Of a DNA stretch of 64,000 nt, positions 37,780-52,091 are shown piece by piece. Each line of letters begins with the position of its first letter. Position 1 is the first letter of the stretch. The notes below the pieces were generated by a model that made no database searches, was not told where the DNA came from, and worked only from the letters and a program-made list of their open reading frames with translations. The stretch lies in assembly GCF_004010195.1 (NCBI RefSeq), contig NC_057719.1, forward strand, positions 84,923,012-84,987,011, read 5' to 3'. The DNA comes from Chiloscyllium plagiosum (Eukaryota). The position numbers and the translations under genes were made by a program.

Positions 37780-39021
37780 AAATGTCCTCGAGATTAAATG
37801 AAGCCAATTTTTGAAAAAAAATATATAAACGAAAACTAACATTATGAAGGTATGAGGAGGAAGTTGGCTCTTGTGGATCAGGAAAATACATTAAAATGTC
37901 TGATGGTAGATAAGCAATGGCTAATATTTAAACACTTTATGGGAAAGAAAAGAACATATATTCAAGCTGAAAAGCCTGGGAATTTGGAAAAAATTAGAAT
38001 TCAGAAGAGGACCAAGAAATTGATAAAGGAACACTGAATAGAATCTGAATGTGAAATAACAAGAAACATAAAAATAAAGTGTAGAAGCTTCTACAGTTAT
38101 GTGGAAAGTGGCATTAGTAAAGACAATTGAGTCCATAACAAATACAGACAGGAGAATTTGTAATAGCAAATAAAGAAATGGTAGAGAAGCTTAATAAATA
38201 CTTTGTATCCATCTCAACACAGGAAAACACAAAACGTTTCTTGAAAAAATTAAGATCTAAGGGCCTAGTGAGAGAGTGAAACTGAACTAATATCAGTAAA
38301 AAAAGTTTTCAAAACTTAACAGAACTGTAAGTTATTAAGCTTATGAGACACGATAACATTCACTGTAGAATTTTCAAAGTGATTGTGAGAAAAATGAATG
38401 TCGTAGTGACTATCTTTCAAAATGTTACTAATTCTGCAACTGTGTTGACAGATTGGAAGACTGCAAATGTAATGCTGTTGTTTAATCAAGGATTGAGGGG
38501 AAAAAGGGACCTACAAACATGTGAGCCTCATGTCAGTACCGTAGTAGGGAAAATGCTAGAATTTAAAGAAGTCACCATTAAATATTTAGAAAAAAATTAG
38601 ACAGATTCAGCACAGATTTATAAAAAAGGAAAATCATGGTTGACAAACCTGACAGTTTTTTGAGGATAGTATTCAAAGAGCTGATGAGGGAAACTAGTTG
38701 ATGTAGTTTGGATTTTCAGAAGGCTTTAGGTAAATATCCATGCAGGAGGGAAAAGTGCATGGGTTTGGATTAATTTGGATTGAGAATTGGTTTCTTGGCA
38801 GAAAGTAGAGAGTGCAAATGAATGGATCTTTCTCAGATTGGCAGGCTGAGACCAGTGGGGGCACTGCTGATCAGTGCTTGGGTCCCAGTTGTTTACAATC
38901 TATATTACTGACGCACATGAAAGGGAGGAAATTGTAATATTTCCATGTTTGCAGATTACACAAGACCAGTGGGAATGTTTTGTGAGGCATATGCAAGGAG
39001 GCTTTAATGTGATTTGGACAG
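37780..39021 (+). mobile_element. Old CR1 LINE
   Basis: DWKTANV, VVGKMLE and DFQKA remnants. Confidence 0.75.
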
Positions 39022-40094
39022 TGTGATGAGTGAAGTGACAAATAATTTTTAGAGTTTGTATTTTAAAACAGTGGCAGAGATGGGTTTATTTATATAAAAA
39101 GGTTTAAAAATATAACTAAATCATATTGTCCTTCCAGAACAATGAGACAATCACGTATGTCGTAAAGCAGGCACCCATGTAGTGCTAATGGAAGATTGCT
39201 TTTATTGTTATGGTTTACAACAGGCAGGATAACACTGAAGACCATTGGTCTCACTGAAGTGTATAAAATACTTAAAGGGACAGACAAAGTACATGTAGGT
39301 TAAGATACATTCCTCAGTTGGAGATTCTGGAACTGGGAGCACAATTTAAAAGTGGGATGTCATTTAGGACCAAAGTGACGGGTTTTTTAAAACTTCGGTG
39401 TAAATCTTTGGCATTAAAATAGAAATCAATAGATTTCTGATTACCAAAGACATAAAGGGTTATGGGGATAGTGTAGGTAAAAAGCATTGAAGTGTTTGTT
39501 CAGCCACAATAATATTTAATAGTAGAGCAGGCTCGATGGTCTGAATTATTACTTCCGTTCCTACCAGCTTGTTTTTTGGTTTATAGGAGACTTAACTGGG
39601 GGAAAAAGCCAAATATGATTTCTCCACTAGAAAGGAGTATTGAACAGTTCAAGAGAAGTATAATTACCCCAGTAGAAAAGTTTAGTTTGTGAAACTTCCG
39701 AACCAGGACTGGTTATTAGAACCAGGTTATTAGAAGCTGAGAAAATCTAAGTTTTCAATTTTGAAAGTTTTCATGTAAAACTACTTCTACAGGAAAGGAC
39801 TGTAGAGAATTAGTTCAGCCAGATTTAAAGATTTGATACAGAGGAGTAAATTTTCCAGATTTGAGTTGTTGTAATAGGATGTGATTTTGATTTGCTGTAT
39901 GTTTTGAGATCTTTCAAATTGTGTTCTATATATAGACAGCTTTCCCCCCCTTTTTGTTGTTAAAGATTCTCTGCAGCCTTGTTGTGTAGCTATGTTTCAG
40001 TAACTAAACAGCCCATATTAACTAAATAAGCCATATGATCTATCAGGCCTGGGATCTGACATGTTCAACACTACCTTCAACTTGGATCATAACA
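39022..40094 (+). mobile_element. LTR-like element with a nested CR1 3' fragment (about 39250-39560)
   Basis: TGTGATGA...TCATAACA termini with gacag/aacag flanks. Confidence 0.5.
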
Positions 40095-41569
40095 AACAGC
40101 AGATTATATCACCCGAGGGGTGGTGGTGGGAACATGCCAATAAGAAATAGGAGGAAGTCAAAGATATATCTTTGAGGAACACGGACATAGTGAAGGAGAA
40201 AGAGAAACCATTGCAGATGATTCTGTGGCCACAGCTGGATAGATAAGAATGGAACCGGGTGAGTGCAGTTCAACAGTGAAGGAGAGGCATTGGATTGTCT
40301 ACAGATAGGTTGAGAAGGATGAGATAATCTATCACAGTCGTATAGGATGTCATTTGTCACATTGATAAGAGGCAGTAAAAGATCTTAGTGAACATTGTGA
40401 CAGCTTCATGGTCACTTTCATCAGTTCTGTAACTTAAATTCCAAAGCTGCTCTGGTGGGATTTGAACTCTGAGTCTCTGATTACTAGTTAGTAACATACA
40501 CCATTACAAACTAGGGTGATTGGAAGGCAGTCAGGAGGAGAGATCACAATGCGCAGTTGCCTTCAGGAAGATTGTGACTGACTATAGTCCTTATTGTCAC
40601 CTTGGCTGAGAGCAGCTAACTCAGCTTAGCTGGCTGGAGCCAGGGACTCTTGCCTTAACTACAGACCAAGGCCAGAATTTTAAAAAATGATTTCTAGGTA
40701 GTTCTACTTTGGTTCTCTTGTATTTTCCTTCAGGTCAAGTGGCTCCAAAATACAAATTGCCTTCATTGCAGCTGCTTTAAGTTGTGAAACAGATGGAATG
40801 AGACCCAATTTTGAAGATTAAAGTTTTGCAACGTAAGTATGCCTGAAAAATATATGATATAAAAAGATTGGGCCATTTTTCAGAAGCTGCTGGCAGCCTA
40901 ATGTGATATTATGTCTTAAGGTAATTGATAAGCCTAGTGAGTGCTTTTAGGATCCACAGGAGAAACTTAATTGCAATGTAGCATAGAAATTGCTCAGAAG
41001 TCTTGCACAGCAGTCAGCTGAAAGATTCAGATATTGTCCTTGTGCAGCCAGTGGAAACAGGAACCATAGCTGTCATTCCTCTACTGCAATTTCCCACACT
41101 CCATTCCCAAGCCGCCATTGCTAAGCTCCATACCATCCAATGCATGAGGCAGATGGCTTGCATTCAAACTCTACAACTGTGTGAGAGAGACACCATCAGC
41201 CCAGATATAAAATGAGCAAGGCATCACTCTGGGCAGATTTTGGACGCCGCCATTGGCATTCTTTCTGGGCCTGAAAATGGTCATAGCCAAATTCCTCTAG
41301 CCTCAAGTTAGTGATGCAAGATAACATTTATATCAAAGAACTCTCAAGCTGGATGTGATCACCAAGTTTATTAAATTATATCTTACAGAATAATTCCATG
41401 AAAAACAACAGTTTGCAAATAATAAATTGAGTAAAAAGAAAGGCAAAATTAAGTTCCTTAGGAAAAGTTGTAGTACCTGGTGATAAAGTGTGGTAAAACA
41501 TTTTTATTCCAGTTAGTGTAGTAAAGTTAAAATAATATACATTTCTGGGAACAATATTCAGCTTCTTAC

Positions 41570-41661
41570 TGGATACGCCTGTGCTCAGAACTTGCTTTTA
41601 CTAATGAAAGACTAGCAGGATACTTCTTCAGTGTATTGTACTGGTAAGGGTTGGCCAATAG
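41570..41661 (-). CDS. Candidate exon (LLANPYQYNTLKKYPASLSLVKASSEHRRI)
   Basis: 92 nt, ctgattgcag acceptor and CA|gtaaga donor, open in phase 0-2. Confidence 0.3.
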
Positions 41662-42369
41662 CTGCAATCAGTGAGTGACAGGATCTATAACAAATATCTC
41701 TTCAAGTACTTGTGCAGGTGGCAAGGAAATGAAAGATAAGGATATTTATATAATGCAAATGAATAAAAAAACTGCATGGAAAAATGAGGTATTTGTTAGT
41801 CAGGAATGTAATCATTCCAATGTGCATTTTAAAATAAGGGTCGGGCAGCTGTTGTGTCATGAAACTTCATGAACAAGTACTGGAATATTTAATTGATAGT
41901 TGATGAGGAAATTTCTTCTTTTACTCCCTCGACATTTATGACATAAGAAACAAGTTTCCTTCACTTGAATGAGAATATTCTCAATGTTGAAGCACCAGGC
42001 AGTGAAGACATTGTATTAAAAAGTGCATGTGGGCACACACACAAAGCATAACATTACTTTTAAATACATTTCCAAAGGACCAAATGACTTGAATACAAAA
42101 CAATCACGAAACAAATTCTTGCCAATGGTGGAATGTAAATTACTATGTTAAAATCTTGCAAATGTTTTTAGAAAGAAAATTGATCAAAGTTTCATTTGAT
42201 AGAGGTGAAAGTTCCAGCTTCATTTGCAAATAGATATATTGTGATTGAATGACGGCAAGTTGCTATTTGCAATTAACATTATGTGGAGACTGATTCAGAG
42301 TATTAATATTGCAATCTTTTGCTTTCATGAAAAACTAAATATTTTAATAAAATTTTTTAAAAAGTTGAG

Positions 42370-43235
42370 ACTCTAAGCCTAAAAGAGAAGGGGTTTACAT
42401 GATTCAGTGGTGAGCCCCTGGAATTATCTGCTTAGAAAGTAGTTGACAAGAAGTGGCAAAACATTGAATGCTTTCGTGAAGGAGATAATATAGTTCTGAG
42501 AACTAAGGGGGTCAAAGGGTATGGAATGAAAGCAGGAATTAGTGAATTGGATAATCAGTGCTAATCAATGAATTGCGGGTGCAAGCTTCTTAAAAGTGGC
42601 AACATAAGTGGATAAAGTGGTAAAGATGGCATAGTGCATCCTTGCCTTCATCAATAGGGACATTAAGCATAAACATTGGTATGTCATGTTTCAGCTGTGT
42701 AAAACTTTAGTTCGACAACATTTGGAATTCTGGTCACCACACTATAGGGAGCATGAGGAGGCTGGGAGAGTGTGCAGAAGAGGTTTTTCAGGATGTTGCC
42801 TGGATTGGAGTCTATTAGTTATAAGGAGTGGTTGGACCAACTTGGATTGCTTCCACTACAGCTTTGGAAGCTGAGTAGCAACTCGATAGAAGTATATAAA
42901 ATTATGAGAGGCATGGACAATAGGAATCTTTTGCAAATACTAGGGACATAGTTTTAAGGCAAGAGAGAAGACGTGTGATGCAAGTTTTTGTATATGGGGG
43001 ATGGTAGGTGCTTTGAACATGCTGCCAGGGTAGGTAGTAGAAGCAGATATGATAGCAACGTTTAAGCGGCATTTAGATAGAGGCATATGGACCACGTGTA
43101 GGCAGATGGAATTAGATTAGAATGGCATCATGATTGGCACAGGGATGATGGATTGAAGGGCCTGTTCCTGTGCTGTACTATGCTTTTCTATGTTCAGGCT
43201 TGAAGCAGGAACTCCCGTTCCTATTTTCTATGATG
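42370..43235 (+). mobile_element. Nested CR1 3' fragments
   Basis: LCKTLVRQHLEFWSPHY remnant and gaagggcctgttcctgtgctgta tail. Confidence 0.75.
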
Positions 43236-44724
43236 TTAAAATAAGAGGTCATAAGTGCTCACTACTGCATTCAGATCCACTTCATCTCTCAAAAAATGCA
43301 AAAATCTCTCAATCAGGTTAGAATTTAGGGACAGAGCCTTACAACGATCCAGACTCTGCGCAGGATTATCATTGTTCAGAGAACCCTGTAGGTGTAGTGA
43401 TAGGTTATATAGCAGTGGTTTAATAAAGTGCACTAAAGCTCAATTACACCAATATATTTAATTATCAGTAATTCATCCTAATCACACTTCATGTTTGGAA
43501 GGATAACGACGATAACAGTACCATTGAGTATATCGTTGGGGACAAAGTGTGGAAATTTCACCTCTCCAGCAACTTCTCCCCCCCCATCCCTCCAAGTTCC
43601 CTTTATAAAAATCTCAATGGTAGATCTCAATTTCTCTTAGAAATTAGAACAAATACAGCTTCAATTATTAATAAATACAAAAACTGTAAATCCAAAGGTT
43701 GTGCTAATTTTAGTTGTTGTAAAACAAAAACAAGGCTGCTTGATGCAAACATACCAAATATAACAATTCAGCAGGTTCCATCATAGATAGACAGATCGAT
43801 AGAAGTTTGTTACTTGTATTTATGAAAATACAATAAAGTGTGTATAAGTCGCTACAAAACAGTGCAATTTAATTACATAAACTACATTAAAAATGAGACA
43901 AAGTTAAGACAAATATCATTTTTTGTTCACTCCACAGCCCTCTTAGTTTCACGAACCGGTCATTGCCGAAGACTGGAGCCTGCCGAAGACTGAGGCCTTC
44001 TCCAACTTCCGTGTGTGACACCGCTGAATAAGTCTGTTGCTATCCGAGGTTTTGCGTGTTTTATCATTAGTTATGCATGTTGGTCAGTTAGCTTGAATAT
44101 TAAAACTCCTGTGGGTTCTAATGCAACAATATTGCGAAAAAAGGCAATGTAGAAGATTCGCGCCATTCTAATTTAAGAGTTAGAATCGATCCCTGTGGTC
44201 CTGATAGTGGCAATGCATTATTTACCCATACACTTTAATGCATGGCTGCTCTGCATACTACCTTACATCACGCTGTAATCTTTTGCTATAAATTCTGTAT
44301 TTTATGATCTTATACTCCACAACCATCTGTTGAAGGAGCAGCACTCCGAAAGCTAGTGCTTCCAAATAAACCTGTTGGATTATAACCTGGTGTTGTGTGA
44401 TTTTTAACTTTGTACGCCCCAATCCAACACCAGCATCTCTAAATCATTATCTGGGTGGCATCTTGTCAGAAGACAGTTAAAGATTAGACACTATTAAACA
44501 CCCATTTTTGTAAGTTTAATCAGTAGTGATTAGTCTTCTTTCAAAATTCTTTCAACTGGAATTCTTAAGTCTTACTTATTTCCTCCAATTGACAAATTAA
44601 TTTCTCCAAACTTGTTAAATTCCCATCCTATTCCTCGCCCATCACATAGCACTATCCATTAATAGGTGCCCTTACACTGCTGTCATGTGTAAACTTATTC
44701 TAAATTTTACTACTCCTAAATTGT

Positions 44725-46137
44725 AAACTCTCCGAACGAGAGGGACCGTATTGTAGAAGAGGAGAGTGTGAAATGGACTGGTAAGCTAGAAGAGATACCT
44801 GTTAGGAAGGAAATGTGTTGGAACATTTTGAACAACTTGAGGATAGACAAGTCCCCCGGGCCTGACGGGATATATCCTAGGATTATGTGGGAAGCAAGAG
44901 AGGAAATTGCAGTACCGTTGGCAATGATCTTCTCGCCTTCACTGGCAACGGGGGTGGTACCAGGGGACTGGAGAGTAGCAAATGTTGTGCCCCTGTTCAA
45001 AAAAGGGAATAGGGATAACCCCAGGAATTACAGGCCTGTTAGTCTTACTTCTGTGACAGGCAAAGTAATGGAAAGGGTACTGAGGGATAGGACTTATGAG
45101 TATCTGGAAAGACACTGCTCGAATAGGGACAGCCAGCACGAATTTGTAGGTTTTGCCTTACGAGTCTTATTGAATTCTTTGAGGAGGTGACCAAGCATGT
45201 GGATGAGGGAAGAGCAGTGGATGTAGTGTACATGGATTTTAGTAAGGCATTTGATAAGGTTCCCCATGGTAGGCTTATGCGGAAAGACAGGAGGCATGGG
45301 ATAGAGGGAAATTTGGCCAATTAGATAGAAAACTGGCTAACCGGTCGAAGGCAGAGAGTGGTGGTAGATGGTAAATATTCAGCCTGGAGCCCAGTTACAA
45401 GTCGAGTTCCGCAGGGATCAGTTCTGGGTCCTCCGCTGTTTGTAATTTTTATTAATGACTTAGATGAGGGAGTCGAAGGCTGGGTCAGTAAATTTGCAGA
45501 TGATACGAAGATAGGTGGAGTTGTGGACAGTGAGGAGGGCTGTTATCGGCTGCAGAGGGACTTAGATATGATGCAGAGCTGGGCTGAGGAGTGGCAGATA
45601 GAGTNNNNNNNNNNNNNNNNNNNNNNNNNNNNNNNNNNNNNNNNNNNNNNNNNNNNNNNNNNNNNNNNNNNNNNNNNNNNNNNNNNNNNNNNNNNNNNNN
45701 NNNNNNNNNNNNNNNNNNNNNNNNNNNNNNNNNNNNNNNNNNNNNNNNNNNNNNNNNNNNNNNNNNNNNNNNNNNNNNNNNNNNNNNNNNNNNNNNNNNN
45801 NNNNNNNNNNNNNNNNNNNNNNNNNNNNNNNNNNNNNNNNNNNNNNNNNNNNNNNNNNNNNNNNNNNNNNNNNNNNGAACTAGAGAGCATAGGTTTAGGG
45901 TGAGAGGGGAAAGATATAAAAAAGATCTAAGGGGCAACGTTTTCACACAGAGGGTGGTTAATGTTTGGAATGCGCTGCCTGTGGGAGTGGTAGAGTCGGA
46001 ATCATTGGCGACCTTTAAGCGGCATTTGGATAGGTACATGGATGGGTACTTAATCTAGGTTAGAAGTTCGGCACAACATCGTGGGCCGAAGGGCCTGTTC
46101 TGTGCTGTATTGTTCTATGTTCTATGTTCTATGTTCT
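44725..46137 (+). mobile_element. Relatively young CR1 LINE (RT region) spanning an assembly gap at 45605-45876
   Basis: [29 protein letters not shown] and KFADDTK motifs; 3' (TTCTATG)n tail. Confidence 0.9.
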
Positions 46138-49100
46138 AATTGTCTGCTCCCTCTGCCCATTTGCTCAGTAAGGGAATTAACTCACTTTGTGGGGGACCTA
46201 TGAAATAGAATCCCATTGAACGAACCTCTGAGAAAACATGGCAACACGGTGTCCTTCAACTCAACAAACAGCATGTGCTTCTGCAGTTTGTTAAACTGTG
46301 AGAACTCCTTAGTCCACACAACTGCCTGTTATTAGATTCACAATCCATTACAAAGATGGAGAGAGTTAGATACATTTCCACACTGAAGTAGTATTCACTG
46401 GACAACTATGGTGGAGCTGGCTTGAAATACTTCAGAAAAATTCTCTCAAGTGGTATTTATCAATCTACATCTTGTGGACAAAAAGGCTGTCACTTTATGT
46501 CATACTACACAGATTAGTTCATCAATCATCTAGAAAATTAACTGATTTGTTACATAAGACACATTTCAACCACTTTGGTATGGTGAAAGATGTCAGTTGG
46601 ATTGTCCCATGGATGAAGGACTCATAGCTTCCATTGTGATGGGTACTGATTTGTCTCACAGAAACTTGCAAAATATTATGTTCACCTTTTGTGAATATTT
46701 CTAATGTGTGTCAGTCTTGTGAAAATGATATGCGTCACCTACTGATGCGATGTGCAAACCTATCCTGACAGACATTTAGTTCTGTACACAATCTAGATTT
46801 CAAGTATTCCTATACTCGCATGATGTAAAATTATTTGAATAAAAAGTTGCGAGAGAGCAAACTTATCTTCAAATGCTATGTGGAAAAGATGAACATATTG
46901 TGGCTATTTTTCCACTGGATTTTAGATCTATTTGACTATAAAAAAAGCAAAATAAATAATTTAGTTTTACATGTATCACCTCTTCTGTGACTTTTCTCAA
47001 GGCCAATATTCAGGTCACTGATGATTAGGTTCCTAGAGGAATGACAACTTTTGTGTTTTTTTAAGCTGTAAAAGTGAAGTTTGATATCTTCTTATACTTT
47101 GCACTATTCCTTCTTACCCTCACATCCACAACTTGTCATCAATCCCAAGACTATGTTTTATCCCTGGTACAGGAAGCTTTGTGAGAAAACATCTGTGGTA
47201 TATACCAATGCAACCACCTGCATTTCAGAGAATAGAATCAAGATAAATATTTTGAATAATTCCTGCCTGTCAAGGAAATGTTTCATGAGATCTAGCGATT
47301 TACGCTCCCAGTCTTGAAATCGATGGAACAGTTTGGGAATACACAGGACAATCTTCACAGTTTGTGCTGCAAGTGGGAATCCTGACTGTGAGTCATGTAT
47401 TTTAGGAAATTATTGAAGCACCAATCCCCATTTTACAGACGTTAAAACTAATTGTTGGAAAACTGCACATTCTGCCCATGGATTCCAAACATGGAGCAAT
47501 AGGAGGATCTCCAGTTATGTTTGAACTCCAGTTCAGAGGGGAGGACTTCATATGGAGGACCTGTACTTGCCCATGCACCATGTTTTTGCCTCCAGTCCCG
47601 CAATCAAATGATTTGAAATAATAAAAGGAATAAGTTCTTGTTCAAAACAAACATATATCCACAAAAAGATCAGCATGATCTTATTGAATGGTGGAGCAGG
47701 CTTGAAGGGCCAGATGGCCTAGTCCTGCTCCCAGTTCTTACGATCTTATAAACCACATGAGCATACTACATATTTAAATTTCACAAGCATTTGCTGCCCT
47801 GTCTATTTCAAGTTGAAAAGAATTTGAAGAATTTTGAATGTAGAGTGTTCTCAGAGTATTCATGTAATTTTATACATATCTATTGAGACTTTTCTCACAG
47901 GATAAGCAAAGGGCAAAGAGCAAATAAGGACATAGGGTGATCTGAAACACTGAGGATTAAAAGACAGAAAGAATGGCCCACAGAGAACGAGGAACAAAAA
48001 TATGGACAGCTGGTCAGATTCCAAGTGGAGAGTGAGTGATGCAAGTTCAATAGCCTTTCCAAGAAGGAGTCCAGGAAGTGAATAATTGGAAAATTTTGGA
48101 TGCCCAAGGGGGAGAAAGACAAACTGTAGTGGGTTCAGTGGATTGAAAATATGTTGTTAGGCCTTACAGAGAAAGAAGGAACAACTTGCATACATACTGG
48201 GTCTTAAAATTATGTATTTGTCTTCCAAAGATTAGTGAGTCAATTGGCGGAGAACTGCAAACGCAGCTGAGGAAGAATTCAACATTCTCATTCCCTGTAA
48301 GTGTTGTGGGGTATAGTGAATATCAACCAATGCCAAAACTGGTCATTAAGATTTGTTTCCCTTCACAATATCTGTTTGGTTGCTTTATGCACTCGAAACA
48401 CTGAAAAGTTTTAAAGCTGATGTTTCAAAATCATACCGAATCAGTCCAAAATAGCCAAAAAATATTAAAATTGGAAATAGATGCTACAATTCAAAGGAAT
48501 ATTTGTTAGACAGTTGAAGATGATTTGCAGCCTTCCACTCCCTCCACAGTGACAGTCATTTTACAGTAATGAGTCCTATTGGATCTTTGTAAGATTGGTG
48601 GGCTAACCATGGTTATGACTATATACACAAAGGAAACTGTGAGTTCACACTGCTTCTTGCTAGGTTATAATAAAGTTATTTGCAGTAATTTATATATAAG
48701 ATCTGTGTGTGTGTATTGGGATCATGCAAAACAAAATTGCACAGAAGTGAAATGCAAAATTTGCATGAATGTTTGGTCATGTACTTCATCTCAAACGATC
48801 AGCATTTTTGATGGTTGTCAAGTTATATATCATTCGTGATTATTTAACACTGAAAGTGTAACATTCCAAAATGACCATTTTTCCATTGGATAATGATAGG
48901 ATTAATTTATGTTGCTGATACATCAGTAGTAGAATTTCTCATTCAATGTGGCATATTCCTGTCAGTCCTGCTGCTAAATCATTTTGTTGCAGTCACAAAA
49001 TCTAACATAGTACACAGATTCTACACATTGAGGGGAGGGATGGAGCAGAATGTTACAAGTTCCCTTGTTGGTGGCATTCCTAACATTAAAACCTTTCAGT

Positions 49101-49971
49101 CCTTTAAAACCTAGTAAATGGCCCAAATGTTTCTGCAGACATTTTGAGGTGTCAAGTCAGTTTTAAACTTAAAACAATCAACAAATTCTCGTTACACCAG
49201 GTTCCCTAAAAGTTCTATTTTCTTGTTTTATGCAGAAGAGCCCTGACCTTTGTATTTATCTGACTATGCTCTACAGAGAAAACAATCTGTGTCTGAGGCT
49301 ATTTTATTTGCCAACACGACACTTGTCATTCATTGTAAATGAAAACAGTGCCTTTGTTGGGTAAAGCGACAGTACTAAGTTACTTGGTTACTTGCTTAAC
49401 TTGCAGACATTATACTTGAATTGCTGTGAAGAACACACACGTAAACTTGCTTGGATGTTTACATAAAGATTCTTCACTGTGCCTTATTTCAAATATATTT
49501 TAACTATAAATGGAGATATTTCTCCCAGGTCAAACGTAATAGTCATTGAAAATTATTGGCTTCTTCATCACGAAGCTAGAGCAGATTGCCACTGCACTGC
49601 ATTACCAACTTACTGCACTATCAAAAAAAGTTATAAAATGGTAACAAATCAATCTCACACCTAAGTTAAATCTAAATATTATAGCTAATGAGGTGAAGAT
49701 GATAGTTTCTATGTGCATTGCAGAAATACACATCTCTCTCTGTACTACCATCTTGAAGCCATTGATTTAGGTGTTCCAGGAATTCCTTTCCATAACTGCC
49801 TTTCACAATCTTCACAAATGCATTGAGGCAGTAAAAGCTGGCCAATCAAGGTCAAATTTTAAAAAACAAACTTTCATAGGATGTAGGCATAATGGGCAAG
49901 GTCAGCATTTGTTGTCAGTCCCTGATTAACCTTCAACAAAGGGGCCAGCTTGCCTATTTCAGAGAACAAAA

Positions 49972-50887
49972 TTAGTGAGCAAAATTAGGGCGCATGGTAT
50001 TGGGGGCAAAGTACTGGCTTGGATTGAAAATTGGTTGGCTGACAGGAAACAAAGACTAGTGATAAACGGCTCCCTTTCGGAATGGCAGGCAGTGACCAGT
50101 GGGGTACTGCAGGGATCAGTGCTGGGACAGCAGCTTTTTACAATATATATTAATTATATAGAAGATGGTATTAATAGTAACATTAGCAAATTTGCTGATG
50201 ATACAAAGCTGGGTGGCAGGGTGAAATGTGAGGAGGATGTCAGGAGATTACAGGGTGGCCTTCATAACGAGGGATTGAGTATAGAAGCAAAGAGGTTCTT
50301 CTGCAGCTGTACAGGGCCCTGGTGAGACCGCACCTGAAATATTGTGTGCAGTTCTCGTCTCCAAATTTGAGGAAAGACATTCTGGCTATTGAGGGAGTGC
50401 AGCGTAGGTTCACGAGGTCAATTCCTGGAATGGTGGGACTATTTTATGTTGAAAGATTGGAGGGACTGGGCTTGTACACCCTTGAGTTTAGAAGACTGAG
50501 AGGGGATCTGATTGAGATGTATAAGATTATTAAAGGATTGGACACTCTGCAGGCAGGAAACATGTTACCGCTGATAGGTGAGTCCCGAACCAGAGGACAC
50601 AGCTTAAAAATAAGGGGTAGGCCATTTAGGACAGAGATGAGGAGAAACTTCTTCACACAGAGAGTGGTGGGTGTGTGGAATGCTCTGCCCCAGAAGGCAG
50701 TGGAAGCCGAGTCTCTGGACTCGTTTAAGAAAGAGTTGGATAGAGCTCTCAAGGATAGTGGAATCAAGGGTTATGGAGATAAGGCAGGAACAGGATATTG
50801 TATTGAGGATGATTAGCCATGATCATAATGAATGGTAGTGCAGGCTCGAAGGGCAGAATGGCCTACTCCTGCATTTATTGTCTATTA
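49972..50887 (+). mobile_element. 5'-truncated CR1 with an internal deletion near 50257
   Basis: QGSVLG and KFADDTK motifs, then a direct jump to the GIEYRS/RPHL.YCVQF region. Confidence 0.9.
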
Positions 50888-52031
50888 ACACCCACATTGC
50901 TATCAGTTTAGAGTCACATGCAGGCCAGACAATGTAATAGTGGCAGATTCTTTTCCGAAAAGGTAAGTTTTTAATTCAGATTTTTAATCGAATTTAAACT
51001 CCAGCAGGTGATTTGGTGGTATTTGAATCAGTGTCTTTATAGCATTAGCCTGGGCCACCAGATTATGAACCCAGTGACATTACCGTTATGCCATTACTTC
51101 CCCACGTCTGATCCTGACCCTCTTCTCAACAGTTCATACATATTTACACATTCTGTGCTGATTAATTGAGTAAATATTGAGAAATTCCTCCTCTCTTTAG
51201 GCCAGGATGTTGAAGGCCATCTGAGGCATTGTCACTGATGCTGGCTCTGAACTTGGTTAATGACAACATAGAGTGAGAATCCAACCTGGGTTGCTTTGCT
51301 CTGAATGATCATTATACATTCACTTTGCCAAATGAGCAATGGGCAACTTCCATCTCTAAATATTTTTATGACCTCATTGCTCAGTCTCGGACAGCATCTT
51401 TCATCATGGTTCTAAATAATCAGTTTGTTAGTCACAAAGGTACAGAAGCACTATAAAAGTGTTGAGGCAAATGCACAATAACAGTACAAAGTTTCAGTCA
51501 CAGAGTCTTCTGAAACACCAGTTTTGTGGTGCTGGAAACTTTTATGCTGCATTACTTTAAAAAAAGGACAATGTCTTTCTTACAGCTGTGCATATACCTC
51601 TTGTATGCTTATCAAAATAAATTGAAGGATTCAACCTTAAAATGAGCTCCTATGGAGCTCTTGTTGGAAGAATGTGAATAGGAGCCATGAAAAATAAGAT
51701 TTCTTTTACATACAGGAGAGAAGCCAGTCACTTCGCACAGCATAGGAAGTCTCAGCTGCCAAAAGAAATTAAAATTGTCAACTCTTTGACATCCAATACC
51801 TATCCCCTGTATTGTAAGGGTTTGAGAAAAGGGTCCCTTTGTGACTTGAAGAACATTCTCAACTTCTGACCATCAAGTTGACATGATTTATGATATTTTG
51901 TGATACTTCAGAGACAGAATAAAATACCAGAATAACAGGATAGGTTGGATTCAAAGTTCTTTACATAACACAAGGACAATTCTGCAGTGGAACAAAGACC
52001 TTCTAAGCTCCTATGTTTAACAGGACAGTGT

Positions 52032-52091
52032 TTAGCTTCTTAGGCGGAGGACATTTTGCATTTCTTGTAGTTCACTTTCGGCATTTGTGTC
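52032..52091 (-). CDS. RMDN3: RMDN-family terminal coding exon (DTNAESELQEMQNVLRLRS*)
   Basis: Strong acceptor ttctttctcttcatctag, phase 0, 19 codons then TAA; length and character match the RMDN C-terminal helix. Confidence 0.75.
   Translation of the reverse strand, partial: DTNAESELQEMQNVLRLRS

Noticed and set aside
40734..40832. Plus-strand exon-like segment with strong acceptor and gtaagt donor
   Set aside because: Stops in all three frames and no partner exons identified.
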